The position numbers and the translations under genes are program-made. From assembly GCA_030614005.1 (NCBI GenBank), contig JAUWKS010000037.1, forward strand, positions 1-32,000: a stretch of 32,000 nt of DNA, read 5' to 3'. Below the pieces are notes generated by a model, which made no database searches, was not told the origin of the DNA, and saw only the letters and a program-made list of their open reading frames with translations. Positions 8,119-18,437 of the stretch are shown here, piece by piece (position 1 is the first letter of the stretch; each line of letters starts with the position of its first letter). The stretch is from Candidatus Heimdallarchaeota archaeon. Lineage in GTDB: Archaea; Asgardarchaeota; Heimdallarchaeia; JABLTI01.

Positions 8119-10416
8119 GTGCCGAAAATGTCATTGAAAAAAGTAAGTAGTTCATTACTAAGTCAAATTGGTTTCTCAGAACTGGAGCAGCAAGTGTATT
8201 TGACTATTCTGGGAATTGGGAATGCATCCTTGGGTGAAATGTACCTTCAAACAGGAATATCTTTAGAAGATTTGCAAACCGTCGTTGATGAATTATCTGA
8301 TAGAGGTTATCTTAAAAAAATAACCGGCAAAATCAACAGATATATTGCTGTCGAACCATTTCTCAAAGGGTTCTTATTTGTTGAAAAGGAATTTCAAAAC
8401 GACATCATTGGTATTGAAAATTCTTTAATTAATTCTTTTGATTCTAGTTATGATAAATTATCTCTTAGTATGGATAGTTTCGTAGGATCAATAAGTCCTA
8501 TTTACGATAAAATAGTAGAAGAGCTACGGCTTTCAAATGAGAAGCTAAAGATGGAGTTAACAAATTCTATTTATCGTCATTCAGATAAAATATCCAATCT
8601 TGCAGAAGATTTTGATGTCATACTTTCTGAAGGATTCTCTAAAACTTATTTGTCTATTAGTAATGAGCTTTCAAATCTTAGTAATGAAATTAGCGTTATT
8701 CTTCGTGAAGAATCCACCAATGCTTCATCTCGTTTACAGAATTTTGAACAAATTACAAACGAGACACTTTCAAGTCTCATCCAACCATTAAATGATGCAA
8801 TAATTGAATATAAAGCATCTGCACCTGATAAACAAAAAATAATTTTGGATGAAAATAGACACGAAATAGCTACTCTACAAAAGAATATCAAATCAATCAC
8901 TAAATTGAGTTTGAAAGATATTACTACATCGATTAAGGACTTCGAGAAGGAATTTTTAGAGGTGCTCTCTGTAGCTTCAAATGGATATGCTACTGTCATA
9001 AAAGATTACAAAACTGTTACTCGTACATTAATAGATGAAAAGAAGAAAAAATTAGATGGTGCAGTAGTAATACTAGTTCAATATGTTGGTAAAAATATTG
9101 ATCAACTTTCAGTGGAAGCTCATAACCTGAAAGAAAATATTGATGAATTAACCAAAACTGGTTTATTAAAACGACCTCCTCCCCATTTGGTCCAAGAAGC
9201 AAAAGAACGTGCTGATAAAATTGATCGTCTATCCCAAGATATCAAAGGCGCTTATGATGAAACACTTAATACGTATCAGAAGGGCATCATAGAAGGTTTG
9301 AACGATTTAATAAAAGCAAATGACACCTTGTTAACAAAACAACTTACAGATGGAAATAACCGGATTAAAAATCTCAAAATAAAAATTGCTAATAGCTGGA
9401 CTGCCATTACAAAGAAATATGATCAAGATTTAACGGCAGCTGTTAAAGAAGTGCTTAAGGAGTCCAATCCAAAACTCACAAGTACCTCTAAAGAGGTGTT
9501 TAATAATACTCTCAAACACATTGAGGATCTAAAGAACAGTATTTCCGCAGTTTTAGCCCCATTAAAGGATGTTATCTTTAAGGATCTTGAAGATTGCATG
9601 GAAAACCTCTTTTTGAATTCAGCAAAGAGATTGCGATATCACAATGATTCGAATAATAAATCATTAGAAACTATTCGCCATCTAACCGATGATATGAAAT
9701 TTGTTTTCAAGAATCAAGTACAAGAAGAATTAAGTAAACCTAAACAAATTGCTTCTGATATGATAGGCGATTATACAAGTACTCTCGACAACTATCTAAC
9801 CACTCTTAATAGAGACCAAGGTGCAACTCTCGATACCATTACAACAGCAGCAGAAACTTTTCTCAGTGTTCTGAAGGATTCCTATGCGACTTCGAGCAAT
9901 GAAATTTCCAATAGATTGGCTGCAATTATTTACAAGGTAAACGAAACTAAAACATACCTCCAAGAAATCACCAATGCAGTAGATCAAATTCTTCCTATTC
10001 CAAAACCACATTCAATTATTGTCTATGGCAATCAAAATTCAATGAACACTATTTATGATATGCTACTTCGTACACGATCAACTTGTACCATTGTAGTTCC
10101 AACAATAGATCAATATCTTGTAGAACTTCTTACTAAACAAGTCTCAAAGAGAGTCAGAGTAAGAATATTAGCTGATGTTGACGCATTCAGAGATGAAGCG
10201 TTGGTTGCAGCCTTGAAAGGACAAGGGAACATAACTATTTGGAATTACAATATGAGAGACTTCTTCGCAGTTACCCGTGATGGTGCAGAAGTATTGCTTG
10301 CTCCTGTCACTCGAGACGGAGAGCTAACAAGTTTCGTAACAGAACAAGATGCTTTGGTAAGAGCAATTCAACAAATTATTAATGCTTCTTTCATGGCTCG
10401 TTCAAAAGAAGTCTAA
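8119..10416 (+). CDS. TrmB-family HTH + ~550-aa amphipathic helical/coiled-coil region + C-terminal PLD-like (non-HKD) domain
   Basis: N-terminus GFSELEQQVYLTIL...L.DRGYL......RYIAVEP is TrmB-HTH-like. The middle is heptad-rich helix. The C-terminus (VRVRILADVD...DFFAVTRDGAEVLLAP) resembles the TrmB effector/PLD fold without HxKxxxxD. Confidence 0.75.
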   Translation: MPKMSLKKVSSSLLSQIGFSELEQQVYLTILGIGNASLGEMYLQTGISLEDLQTVVDELSDRGYLKKITGKINRYIAVEPFLKGFLFVEKEFQNDIIGIENSLINSFDSSYDKLSLSMDSFVGSISPIYDKIVEELRLSNEKLKMELTNSIYRHSDKISNLAEDFDVILSEGFSKTYLSISNELSNLSNEISVILREESTNASSRLQNFEQITNETLSSLIQPLNDAIIEYKASAPDKQKIILDENRHEIATLQKNIKSITKLSLKDITTSIKDFEKEFLEVLSVASNGYATVIKDYKTVTRTLIDEKKKKLDGAVVILVQYVGKNIDQLSVEAHNLKENIDELTKTGLLKRPPPHLVQEAKERADKIDRLSQDIKGAYDETLNTYQKGIIEGLNDLIKANDTLLTKQLTDGNNRIKNLKIKIANSWTAITKKYDQDLTAAVKEVLKESNPKLTSTSKEVFNNTLKHIEDLKNSISAVLAPLKDVIFKDLEDCMENLFLNSAKRLRYHNDSNNKSLETIRHLTDDMKFVFKNQVQEELSKPKQIASDMIGDYTSTLDNYLTTLNRDQGATLDTITTAAETFLSVLKDSYATSSNEISNRLAAIIYKVNETKTYLQEITNAVDQILPIPKPHSIIVYGNQNSMNTIYDMLLRTRSTCTIVVPTIDQYLVELLTKQVSKRVRVRILADVDAFRDEALVAALKGQGNITIWNYNMRDFFAVTRDGAEVLLAPVTRDGELTSFVTEQDALVRAIQQIINASFMARSKEV

Positions 10417-10444
10417 AATAGAACAACAGTTAATTGGTTGTTAA

Positions 10445-11137
10445 TCATTTGAAAATGGTTAACAATCTCTGAATTTCTTTTAACCAATTTGCAATGCTTC
10501 TTTGAATAACCTTCTTCGTCTTTTCAGGTACATGCCACAACTCTATAAGATCAAACTCTCTTTTAGACGTTTCAAACATATTTTTGAGAAGTGCTAGAAC
10601 AGTTTTGTTCTTTTTCATTAATTTACGTGAAATACCGGTTGGTGGAATTGGTTCTTCCTTACCGAAGGATTCCATTATACCCAAAATTCCTAAACAGCTG
10701 CTTTCAAGAAAAACATCAAAAGAATTTGTTAGGGGGATATAAACGCGATAGGTAGGCATAGTTAAGAGGATTAAGGGATTGCCATTTGGATCAAGATTTT
10801 TCATATCAAGTAAATAAAACGCTTCTTCTTCGTTAGTTGCAAATAAAATAAAACGATTGTCGGGGAGAAGATTAACTTTCTTTTTAGTAAGAATGAGGTT
10901 CTCACATGAATTTATTAGAAGATGTGATGGGTCATCTAAATCATCCAGAAAATACTCGGAATCAATCATTAATCCATTTGTTTGCTCGTAAAAAAGCTTC
11001 AAATGATCTGGTAATACCATGTCCTTAAAAAATAACAGTTCTTTGATATGAATACGGGTGAGTCCATTGTAAAAAATGACTTCTACTTTTGAATCATCTA
11101 AATAATTATCTAGTATCTGAATTTCTTTCACCAACAA
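10445..11137 (-). CDS. SMI1/KNR4 (SUKH) family-like protein
   Basis: LPDHLKLFYEQTNG helix-NG motif and FILFATNEEEAFYLLD strand motif. Confidence 0.65.
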   Translation of the reverse strand: MLVKEIQILDNYLDDSKVEVIFYNGLTRIHIKELLFFKDMVLPDHLKLFYEQTNGLMIDSEYFLDDLDDPSHLLINSCENLILTKKKVNLLPDNRFILFATNEEEAFYLLDMKNLDPNGNPLILLTMPTYRVYIPLTNSFDVFLESSCLGILGIMESFGKEEPIPPTGISRKLMKKNKTVLALLKNMFETSKREFDLIELWHVPEKTKKVIQRSIANWLKEIQRLLTIFK

Positions 11138-11212
11138 CTGCTCTTGAACAAATTAGTATAATATTGTTTTTTCAAGTTAAAAAAGAGATGGAATAGAAGG
11201 AGGCAAAGTTGC

Positions 11213-11836
11213 CTACTTCATTAGTTCTTTCATTGTGTTGTAACCTTTATCGAATGCTTCGATATTTGTTGCAACAACTTTTTCGTTTTTTCTAAAGCGT
11301 ATATTGAGCGCTTTGATAAGTGATTCTTTTGTAAGAGGAAAGTTTGGTATGGCAAAGAGAGCTCCAACTAAAACAACATTTTGAGTTCTCGTATCACCAA
11401 CTTCAGAAGCTAATTTGAAGGCATCAATTAAGAAAACATTATTAGTAAATTTCTTAATGATAGCAAGAATGTCTTCTGTTTCGGGGTATTTTCCTCCTTT
11501 TTTGGCACTCAGGCTAGGTGGGATGATTTTGTGACTATTCATAATAACGTAACCATCTTTAGGAATTATTTTGCGAATAGCTCGTGCTGTTTCTCCAAGT
11601 TCAAAACTTAAGAGAACATCTGCATCTCCATCTGCAATTAGAGGACCACTAACAGGTCCAAAGCGAATTTCAGTGTTAACAACACCACCTCTTTGAGCCA
11701 TACCATGGATTTCACTTTGCACAACAAAAATATCTTGGACTAGTGCTGAGTTACCTATAAGCATGGCTGCAGTGAGAACACCAGTTCCGCCTACTCCTGC
11801 AATTTCAATTTGATATGGTTTGTCTAATTTAGTCAT
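11213..11836 (-). CDS. iorB: Indolepyruvate:ferredoxin oxidoreductase beta subunit
   Basis: IEIAGVGGTGVLT, SEIHGMAQRGGVV, ADVLLSFELGE. ATG 11836 is preceded by GAGGTGA, which overlaps the iorA stop. Confidence 0.93.
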   Translation of the reverse strand: MTKLDKPYQIEIAGVGGTGVLTAAMLIGNSALVQDIFVVQSEIHGMAQRGGVVNTEIRFGPVSGPLIADGDADVLLSFELGETARAIRKIIPKDGYVIMNSHKIIPPSLSAKKGGKYPETEDILAIIKKFTNNVFLIDAFKLASEVGDTRTQNVVLVGALFAIPNFPLTKESLIKALNIRFRKNEKVVATNIEAFDKGYNTMKELMK

Positions 11837-11841
11837 TTTCT

Positions 11842-13704
11842 TCACCTCTTAGTAAAAGCATCGTAGGGGCAAATTATTCTGCAAACACCGCATCCAATGC
11901 AAGTTGATTCATCAACATGAGCTTTCTTTTTCTCATAATCGAATGTGATTGATGGACAAGCAAAAGTTCGCACACAAGTTCTACATCCTATGCAGATTTC
12001 TTCATCTACGAAATACTTTTCGATTTTCTCTTTTGCTCTTTTTGCTACTCTAGCGTATTCTAAAGCACAGTCTCTTCTTGAGATGACAACAGCTAGTTCT
12101 CCACTGTCAATTGCTTTTCCTATAACTTCTATAGTATGGTCGAGGTCATAGGGATCAACAATCGCCAAATTTTTGATTCCAATTCCTTCGCAAACTTGTT
12201 CAATAGTTACAATACCTGCTGGTTCACCAAACGCCGTTTTACCTAATTCAGGCGTTGGTTGACCACCGGTCATTGCAGTTAGATGATTATCAACTATTAC
12301 TAAGACAAATTTAGCATTGTTTACTATAGCATTTACTAAAGCTGGAATGCCTGAGTGGAAGAATGTACTATCTCCTATAACTGGGATAATCAATTGATCG
12401 GTTGATTGAGCAAGACCATTTGCTATACCAATTGATGAACCCATTGATACCGTTGTGTCAACAGAGCTCAGAGGGGCCATAAATCCGAGAGTATAACATC
12501 CGATATCTCCAGGCATTATTGGTTTGAGTTGTCGTTTCTTTGCTGCTTTCTTAATTGCAATGAACGTTGCTCTATGTGGACATCCTGGGCAAAGCTCGGG
12601 TGGCCTGATTGGTAATTGCGCGTTAATTTCATCTTGTGATGGTAGGTCTTCCTCATATTCTGCAAGTTTAATGCCCATTACTTTTGCGAAAGCACGTTTC
12701 AAAATCAACGGATTTAGTTCATTTGAAATTGGAATAGCTCCTTCCTTTCTTCCATATATTTTAACTTTGATGCCATTTTCTGCTGCTAAAGCTTTCACCA
12801 GTAATTCAAAGTACGGTTCAACTTCTTCTGCAATGAGGCATTTAGGATTTTCTTTTAATAACTCAATTATTTTTGCTTCCGGAAGAGGATTGCTAAAACC
12901 AATCTTGTAAATAGTGGGATCAATATCCATTTCTCTTATGGCGTCAATTACGTAAGTGTAAGAAACACCAGAAGTGATAACTAACAAAGGATCTTTTCCT
13001 TTGGTAACAACGTTCCATTTTGATTTGCATGAGTAGTCCTTCAACTCATCCAATTTTTGTAATAAGAGTGGTTTTGCTTTTCGAGCACTACTGGGTAAAC
13101 AAACGAATTTTTCAGGATTCTTCACGAATTCACCCTTTATTTCTCTCTTTGCAGGGATTTCACCTATTTCAACTGGTCCCCGAGAATGACTTAAACGTGT
13201 TGTTGATCGTAAGATAATCATTGATTCGTTTTTTTCAGAGAACTCATAGGCATATTTTACCATATCTAAAGCTTCCTGTGGAGTTGAGGGTTCCATACAA
13301 AGTGCGTGTGCAGCAAGTGCATACATTCTTGTATCTTGTTCATTTTGACTTGAATGGAAACTTGGATCATCTGCAATACACATAACAAATCCGCCTTTCA
13401 TCCCACCGAATAATGCTGCTGTGAAGAATGGATCTGCTGCAACATTTAGTCCTACATGTTTTGCTACAGTAAAGGATCGTAAACCGCTCCACGCAGCACC
13501 TAATGCCACTTCAAAGGCAATTTTTTCGTTGATTGACCATTCAGCATGCATTCCGGTATCTTTTCCAAATAAAGCAATGGTTTCCATTACTTCTGTTGAA
13601 GGAGTACCCGGATACGCAGCTGCGACATCAACACCAGCTTCTAAGACACCTCTAGCTATGGCTTCATTGCCGCTTAAAAGCATCATAGTTTTTTTATCTG
13701 ACAA
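11842..13704 (-). CDS. iorA: Indolepyruvate:ferredoxin oxidoreductase alpha subunit
   Basis: LSGNEAIARG, YPGTPSTE, KHVGLNVAADP, RPPELCPGCPHR, GDIGCY, IGDSTFFHSG and a C-terminal 2x[4Fe-4S] domain (CIGCRTC..CP, CIGCGVC...CP). Start set at TTG 13704. Confidence 0.95.
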   Translation of the reverse strand: MSDKKTMMLLSGNEAIARGVLEAGVDVAAAYPGTPSTEVMETIALFGKDTGMHAEWSINEKIAFEVALGAAWSGLRSFTVAKHVGLNVAADPFFTAALFGGMKGGFVMCIADDPSFHSSQNEQDTRMYALAAHALCMEPSTPQEALDMVKYAYEFSEKNESMIILRSTTRLSHSRGPVEIGEIPAKREIKGEFVKNPEKFVCLPSSARKAKPLLLQKLDELKDYSCKSKWNVVTKGKDPLLVITSGVSYTYVIDAIREMDIDPTIYKIGFSNPLPEAKIIELLKENPKCLIAEEVEPYFELLVKALAAENGIKVKIYGRKEGAIPISNELNPLILKRAFAKVMGIKLAEYEEDLPSQDEINAQLPIRPPELCPGCPHRATFIAIKKAAKKRQLKPIMPGDIGCYTLGFMAPLSSVDTTVSMGSSIGIANGLAQSTDQLIIPVIGDSTFFHSGIPALVNAIVNNAKFVLVIVDNHLTAMTGGQPTPELGKTAFGEPAGIVTIEQVCEGIGIKNLAIVDPYDLDHTIEVIGKAIDSGELAVVISRRDCALEYARVAKRAKEKIEKYFVDEEICIGCRTCVRTFACPSITFDYEKKKAHVDESTCIGCGVCRIICPYDAFTKR

Positions 13705-13978
13705 TTTTGTTAACCTTCTGTTTCTTTTTCTATACAAAATAAAAGTCCAACACTATATCTTCTGTTTGTCTTTTCATCAAATTTAGTTGTTGTGACTTTT
13801 TTAGTATCTGTTTAATTCTAAGTAAAACTTCAGTTATACCAAAAATATAAGGTCCGAAGACCCTTTTTAACTTCTTTCTTCTCTCTACTTTTGATAAAGG
13901 TTTCCTAGAAATCAAAAGTTTTTTAATCACTTAATATAAGGACACATTATAAATTTACTTTAGAACGTGTGATTGACT

Positions 13979-15034
13979 ATGGATACTATGCAATGGATTT
14001 GGTTAGCAATAATATTCGTTTTTGCTTTTGGAGCCACATTCTTTCTTACTTGGTTTCTAAGCAAGTACTTTTTGAAAAAAGGTATTTATGGTCATGATGT
14101 TCATAAAGCTGCTAAACCAAAAGTTGCAGAAATGGGTGGAGTCGGCTTCGTTATAGTTATGATAGTAGTAATTATTTGTTGCATTTTCATCTATCCTGAA
14201 TATTGGCAACATTTTACTGTATCTGCAATCGCAATCTTGCTTGTAGGATTGATCGGTATTTGGGATGATTTGAAATCTTTAGGTGCAATTACAAAACCTT
14301 TCTTATTATTAATACCAGGTTTACCAATCATAATTTGGCAATTAGTAGCCAACCCTTCCCTCGCAAATGATGAACTAATGCTCTTTTTCCCTAACCCCTA
14401 CTTGCCTTTAATTGGTCCAATAAGAATAACAGTCATTTATTGGCTCTTGGTTCCATTTGCTATTACCGTCCTTTCTAACTCAACAAATATGTTAGATGTT
14501 ATGAATGGTTCTACACCAGTTACAATGATGTTTGTATCTGGAACAGCAATAATTTCCACTATTGTACTCTATGTAAAAGGTGTAGTTAATGTTCCAGGTA
14601 TAGTTTTGTCTGTTCTCTTATTCAGTTGTTTATTCGCATTCTTTTGGTTTAATAAATATCCAGCAAAAATTTTCTGTGGAGATACTGGAAGTTTGACAAT
14701 CGGTGCCATGATTGCTTTAGTAGCGGTTTTCGGTCGTATTGAATTAATAATCATAATTGCAATGATGCCACAAATAATGAATTCATTCCAGATTATTTCA
14801 AGTGTTCGAGGCTTTAGAGAACGTAGAGAAATTAAAGAACGACCAACAAAAGTGCTCAAAGATGAATCAGTAGCAGCAAATCCACATAAGAAAGCACCAT
14901 TAACATTGACTCGATGGATCGTTGCAAGAGAGCCCTTGAAAGAGTTTGAAATTGTCTCGTCGATGGGTTTGATATCCTTCTTTTCGAGTTTGTTAGGGAT
15001 TGTGACTATGCTTTTAATCATAATTACAATATAA
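13979..15034 (+). CDS. Glycosyltransferase family 4 polyprenyl-phosphate GlcNAc-1-P transferase (AglH/GPT/MraY-like)
   Basis: Multi-TM protein with DVHK, EMGG, GIWDDL, NSTNMLDVMNG and KIFCGDTGSL motifs. Confidence 0.88.
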   Translation: MDTMQWIWLAIIFVFAFGATFFLTWFLSKYFLKKGIYGHDVHKAAKPKVAEMGGVGFVIVMIVVIICCIFIYPEYWQHFTVSAIAILLVGLIGIWDDLKSLGAITKPFLLLIPGLPIIIWQLVANPSLANDELMLFFPNPYLPLIGPIRITVIYWLLVPFAITVLSNSTNMLDVMNGSTPVTMMFVSGTAIISTIVLYVKGVVNVPGIVLSVLLFSCLFAFFWFNKYPAKIFCGDTGSLTIGAMIALVAVFGRIELIIIIAMMPQIMNSFQIISSVRGFRERREIKERPTKVLKDESVAANPHKKAPLTLTRWIVAREPLKEFEIVSSMGLISFFSSLLGIVTMLLIIITI

Positions 15035-15166
15035 AACACCCTTTTTCCCCTATTTCTGCCCAATGTATTCTCTAGGTACTATCACCATTGATATGAGAAA
15101 AATGTCTTGGTAGCACACGGGTTTTTAATATTTCAACGATATTTGTATCCATATAAGGTGAGGACA

Positions 15167-16306
15167 ATGGAATCTTTTATCAAAAATATCACTGAAAAAG
15201 AGCAAGTACCAAAGCTTTTTCCAACCGAAGAATCAAAGCATGACTCTCAAGATGTTGATCAAGATTTACGAAGGATTATCGAGGACATCCAGGCGAAAAT
15301 ATTGGTTATAGGTGTCGGTGGTGCGGGAAATAACGCAGTCACTCGATTAAATCAATCGGGTCTTGTTGGGGCAATTACTCTAACAGCAAATACAGATGCG
15401 CAACAATTGCTCTTCTCAAAGAGTCATAAGAAAATGCTCCTAGGCAGAGAGCTCTGCAGAGGGCTTGGTGCAGGTAATGATCCACAAATTGGCGCAGAAG
15501 CTGCAGATGAATCAAGTGAAACCTTGAAAGGCATTCTAACTCAAGTTGATATGGTCTTTATTGTTTGTGGACTTGGTGGGGGAACCGGAACTGGTGCTGC
15601 CCCTGTTATTGCCCGTTTAGCCAAAAATTTAGGTGTACTAACTGTATCAATATGCACTCTTCCATTTGATGTTGAAGGGAAGATGAAAGCTTTACATGCA
15701 AAAGAAGGTTTGAGACGTTTATATGAAAGTAGTGACACTACAATTGTAGTTCCAAATGAAAAATTAATAGAAATAGTCCCTGAACTTTCATTAAAAGAAG
15801 CTTTCTTGGTTGCTGATGAAATACTCATTCGTGCAGTCACAGGTTTAACAGAACTCATTAATCGTCCAGGAGATGTTAATGTTGATTTCGCAGATGTTCG
15901 TCGAGTTCTTGGTGAAGGCGGAGCAGCAATAATTGGCCTCGGGGAATCTAGCAGTGTAGATAATAGAGCTCAAGAAGCTGTTGAAGATGCTTTGAACAAT
16001 CCATTACTCGAAGTTGATATTCGCACAGCGAAAAGCGTTTTGCTAAATATTACTGGTGGTAAAGATCTCAATCTGAAGCAAACCGAAGAAGTAATTCGCG
16101 CGGTTACAGATCAGCTTAGTTCAGATATCATCGTTAAATTCGGTGTTTTGATTGATCCCGACCTTCAAGGAACAATTAGAGCAACAATTGTAGTTTCTGG
16201 AGTAAGAAGCCCCTATATTCTTTCAAATTTACAGGATTCGATTTCTTCAGATATGGATTATGATTTAGAAGACGATCTCGACTTAGGGCTCGAAACATTT
16301 GAATAG
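15167..16306 (+). CDS. ftsZ: Cell division GTPase FtsZ (FtsZ1-like)
   Basis: GVGGAGNN, GAGNDP, GLGGGTGTG, intact T7 loop NVDFADV, acidic DLGL tail. ATG 15167 follows AAGGTGAGGA. Confidence 0.97.
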   Translation: MESFIKNITEKEQVPKLFPTEESKHDSQDVDQDLRRIIEDIQAKILVIGVGGAGNNAVTRLNQSGLVGAITLTANTDAQQLLFSKSHKKMLLGRELCRGLGAGNDPQIGAEAADESSETLKGILTQVDMVFIVCGLGGGTGTGAAPVIARLAKNLGVLTVSICTLPFDVEGKMKALHAKEGLRRLYESSDTTIVVPNEKLIEIVPELSLKEAFLVADEILIRAVTGLTELINRPGDVNVDFADVRRVLGEGGAAIIGLGESSSVDNRAQEAVEDALNNPLLEVDIRTAKSVLLNITGGKDLNLKQTEEVIRAVTDQLSSDIIVKFGVLIDPDLQGTIRATIVVSGVRSPYILSNLQDSISSDMDYDLEDDLDLGLETFE

Positions 16307-16317
16307 ATACAAAAAGG

Positions 16318-16341
16318 AAAGGAGAATCTTCTTTCTCCTTT
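16318..16341. terminator. Hairpin between the convergent ftsZ and MFS genes
   Basis: AAAGGAGAA-TCTTCT-TTCTCCTTT: 9-bp stem flanked by A and T runs. Confidence 0.55.
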
Positions 16342-16374
16342 TCAACTAATTTCTTTTAATTACTATTTTGTTAT

Positions 16375-17874
16375 TTAATTTCCATCGCCATATTTTATAC
16401 TTGGTGATTTCACTCCATCAAAGGGTTCTTGCAAGCTTTCTAATTCAATGAACTTTTCACTACCTTCTATTGTTTCCTCTAATGGGTAATCTGAAGACAT
16501 CAAGTCTTTTTTGTTAGAATAAATTAGTCCACCAAAGATTACAACAGTGCATATTCCTGAAGCAGCTAATAGAACATACATAGGGAGAACAAAATTAGCG
16601 ATTATAGCAACAATACCCATTCCAGCTAATTGAGCAATTCCTTGTACAAGTTGTTGTGTTCCAAAAACTCTGCCTTGTTTTTCATATGGAATCGATTCTT
16701 GAATAAGTGTAGAAGATGGAATGTTAATTAAAACGATTATTATTCCAAAACTGAACATAATACCCATCATTGCCCACTTATTTCTTACTGTAGCAAAGAG
16801 ATACATTGCAACAGTAGCTAATAAAAAGGCTGCATTGAGTAGCAATATCTTCCGTTTAATTTTTCCTAGACTCATTAGAATGATAGCTGTAATAATACCT
16901 GAAGCGCCCATTAAAGCTTGCATAATGCCATACATTGTTTGGTCTAATCCCATTTCACCCTGTAATATAACTATGAATAGAACGTTTATTGCGCCAAAGG
17001 TAAAAGTGATCATTGAAAAAATCAAGAGCATATAGGTTATCTTTGGATGTTCTCGTATGGTTCGATAACCTATGATAAGGTCCTTTGAAATGCTTTTCAT
17101 TTCTTGTCTTACGTTTTGACTTTTTTCTCTATGAACCTTTGGTGGTTTCTTTCCTATGAAGAAAATAACCCCGATTAACAATCCTGAAATGAGAAAAGTG
17201 CTTGCATTAAAACTGAAGCTTAGTAAATAGCTTTTAGCTGCAAGTACTCCTGCTAATAGATACCCAACAATTGTTGCTATTTGGAATACAGTCGATCCAA
17301 TGGAGTTTGCTACTAAGAGATTTTTCTTTTCAACAATCAATCGCGTATAAGCATTTCTCGCAGGAAAGAAGAAGGCTGCAGCAGAGGAGTTAATGAAACA
17401 AAGGACAAACAAAGGCCATAAAACGTGTGTGTAATCTGTTAATTGAAGTACTTTTGAAATACCATATACTGCTGGTAATTGCGTGAATGTTATTATTGTT
17501 AAGGCATCCTTCAAAACATAGACAATAACGAAACCGATAGCAGCAATACAGCTAACTATATTTGAATAGAGCATTATTTTTCTCTGATCAAATCTATCTG
17601 TGTAGACTCCTGCAAATGGAGCAATGACAACAAATGGCAATAACCAAATGATAGCGAGAACACCCATTAGCAATGGGCTACCTGTTAATTCAAAGATAAG
17701 AAATTCAATAGCTAATCCTGATACTGCTCTGCCAATATTTTCGGTAAATTGTGCTCCAAAGAGAACCATAAATGGACTGTTCTTTAAAACGTCTTTGATA
17801 GATGGTTTGTCTGATGCGTTTATAGTTCCGTTGATTGTTTTTGCTTCCAAAGTGTTCACAACACAATACTTCAA
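16375..17874 (-). CDS. MFS transporter (DHA3/MFS_3-like)
   Basis: About 12 hydrophobic segments, motif A GVYTDRFDQRKIM, FFFPARNAY and IPYEKQGRVFG. Confidence 0.88.
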   Translation of the reverse strand: MKYCVVNTLEAKTINGTINASDKPSIKDVLKNSPFMVLFGAQFTENIGRAVSGLAIEFLIFELTGSPLLMGVLAIIWLLPFVVIAPFAGVYTDRFDQRKIMLYSNIVSCIAAIGFVIVYVLKDALTIITFTQLPAVYGISKVLQLTDYTHVLWPLFVLCFINSSAAAFFFPARNAYTRLIVEKKNLLVANSIGSTVFQIATIVGYLLAGVLAAKSYLLSFSFNASTFLISGLLIGVIFFIGKKPPKVHREKSQNVRQEMKSISKDLIIGYRTIREHPKITYMLLIFSMITFTFGAINVLFIVILQGEMGLDQTMYGIMQALMGASGIITAIILMSLGKIKRKILLLNAAFLLATVAMYLFATVRNKWAMMGIMFSFGIIIVLINIPSSTLIQESIPYEKQGRVFGTQQLVQGIAQLAGMGIVAIIANFVLPMYVLLAASGICTVVIFGGLIYSNKKDLMSSDYPLEETIEGSEKFIELESLQEPFDGVKSPSIKYGDGN

Positions 17875-18060
17875 TATGTTTTGAATGTTTAATTTTTATT
17901 AATGCTTTCGGTTGCTCTTAATTTGAAAGAAAGAATCTACGAATTAGTAGCAATAAAAATGATTACTCCAATACTCAAATGCTTACAAAAGATTTTAAAA
18001 TATAGGTTTGATTTTAGAATCAGAAATCAATCATAAAACAGTAACACGGAGTTATCCCAG

Positions 18061-18237
18061 ATGAACATTGGAGAATTCTTCACAAAAAGTAGACGACTAT
18101 TGACTCACAGCAAACGACCTGATCGGAAAGAAATTTGGTTAACTGTTAGAATTACTGCTATTGGTATCTTAGTTATTGGTTTAGTTGGATTTCTTATACA
18201 CATCCTCTTCACAGTAATTATCCCAACACCCACTTAA
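18061..18237 (+). CDS. secE: Protein translocase SecE/Sec61-gamma (58 aa, absent from the ORF track)
   Basis: MNIGEFFTKSRRLLTHSKRPDRKEIWLTVRITAIGILVIGLVGFLIHILF: amphipathic helix, K-x-P-x-x-x-E, one TM with G...IG..GF. Lies directly upstream of spt5. Confidence 0.93.
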   Translation: MNIGEFFTKSRRLLTHSKRPDRKEIWLTVRITAIGILVIGLVGFLIHILFTVIIPTPT

Positions 18238-18246
18238 GTTTACGAC

Positions 18247-18268
18247 TAGCTATCTTAATTTATAGCTA
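18247..18268 (+). terminator. Hairpin plus T-rich tract after secE
   Basis: TAGCTAT-8 nt-ATAGCTA followed by TTTTCTTCTTCTCTTTT. Confidence 0.35.
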
Positions 18269-18437
18269 TTTTCTTCTTCTCTTTTCTCTTTACACCAAAG
18301 GATGAATATTATAACATATCCTTTCTCCACCAAATCTCTTTGGAATAGTGTCTAGAAGGAATATGTTTTTATGGAGCTCTAAAAAAAGATTAATATACCA
18401 AAGAAACTCGGTTTGAACTGAACGGGATGGAATACCC

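Noticed and set aside
15107-15166. Track's 20-aa N-terminal extension of FtsZ (likewise the extra N-termini of iorA and ORF 28955)
   Set aside because: Better SD-supported starts lie downstream (15167, 13704, 29081).
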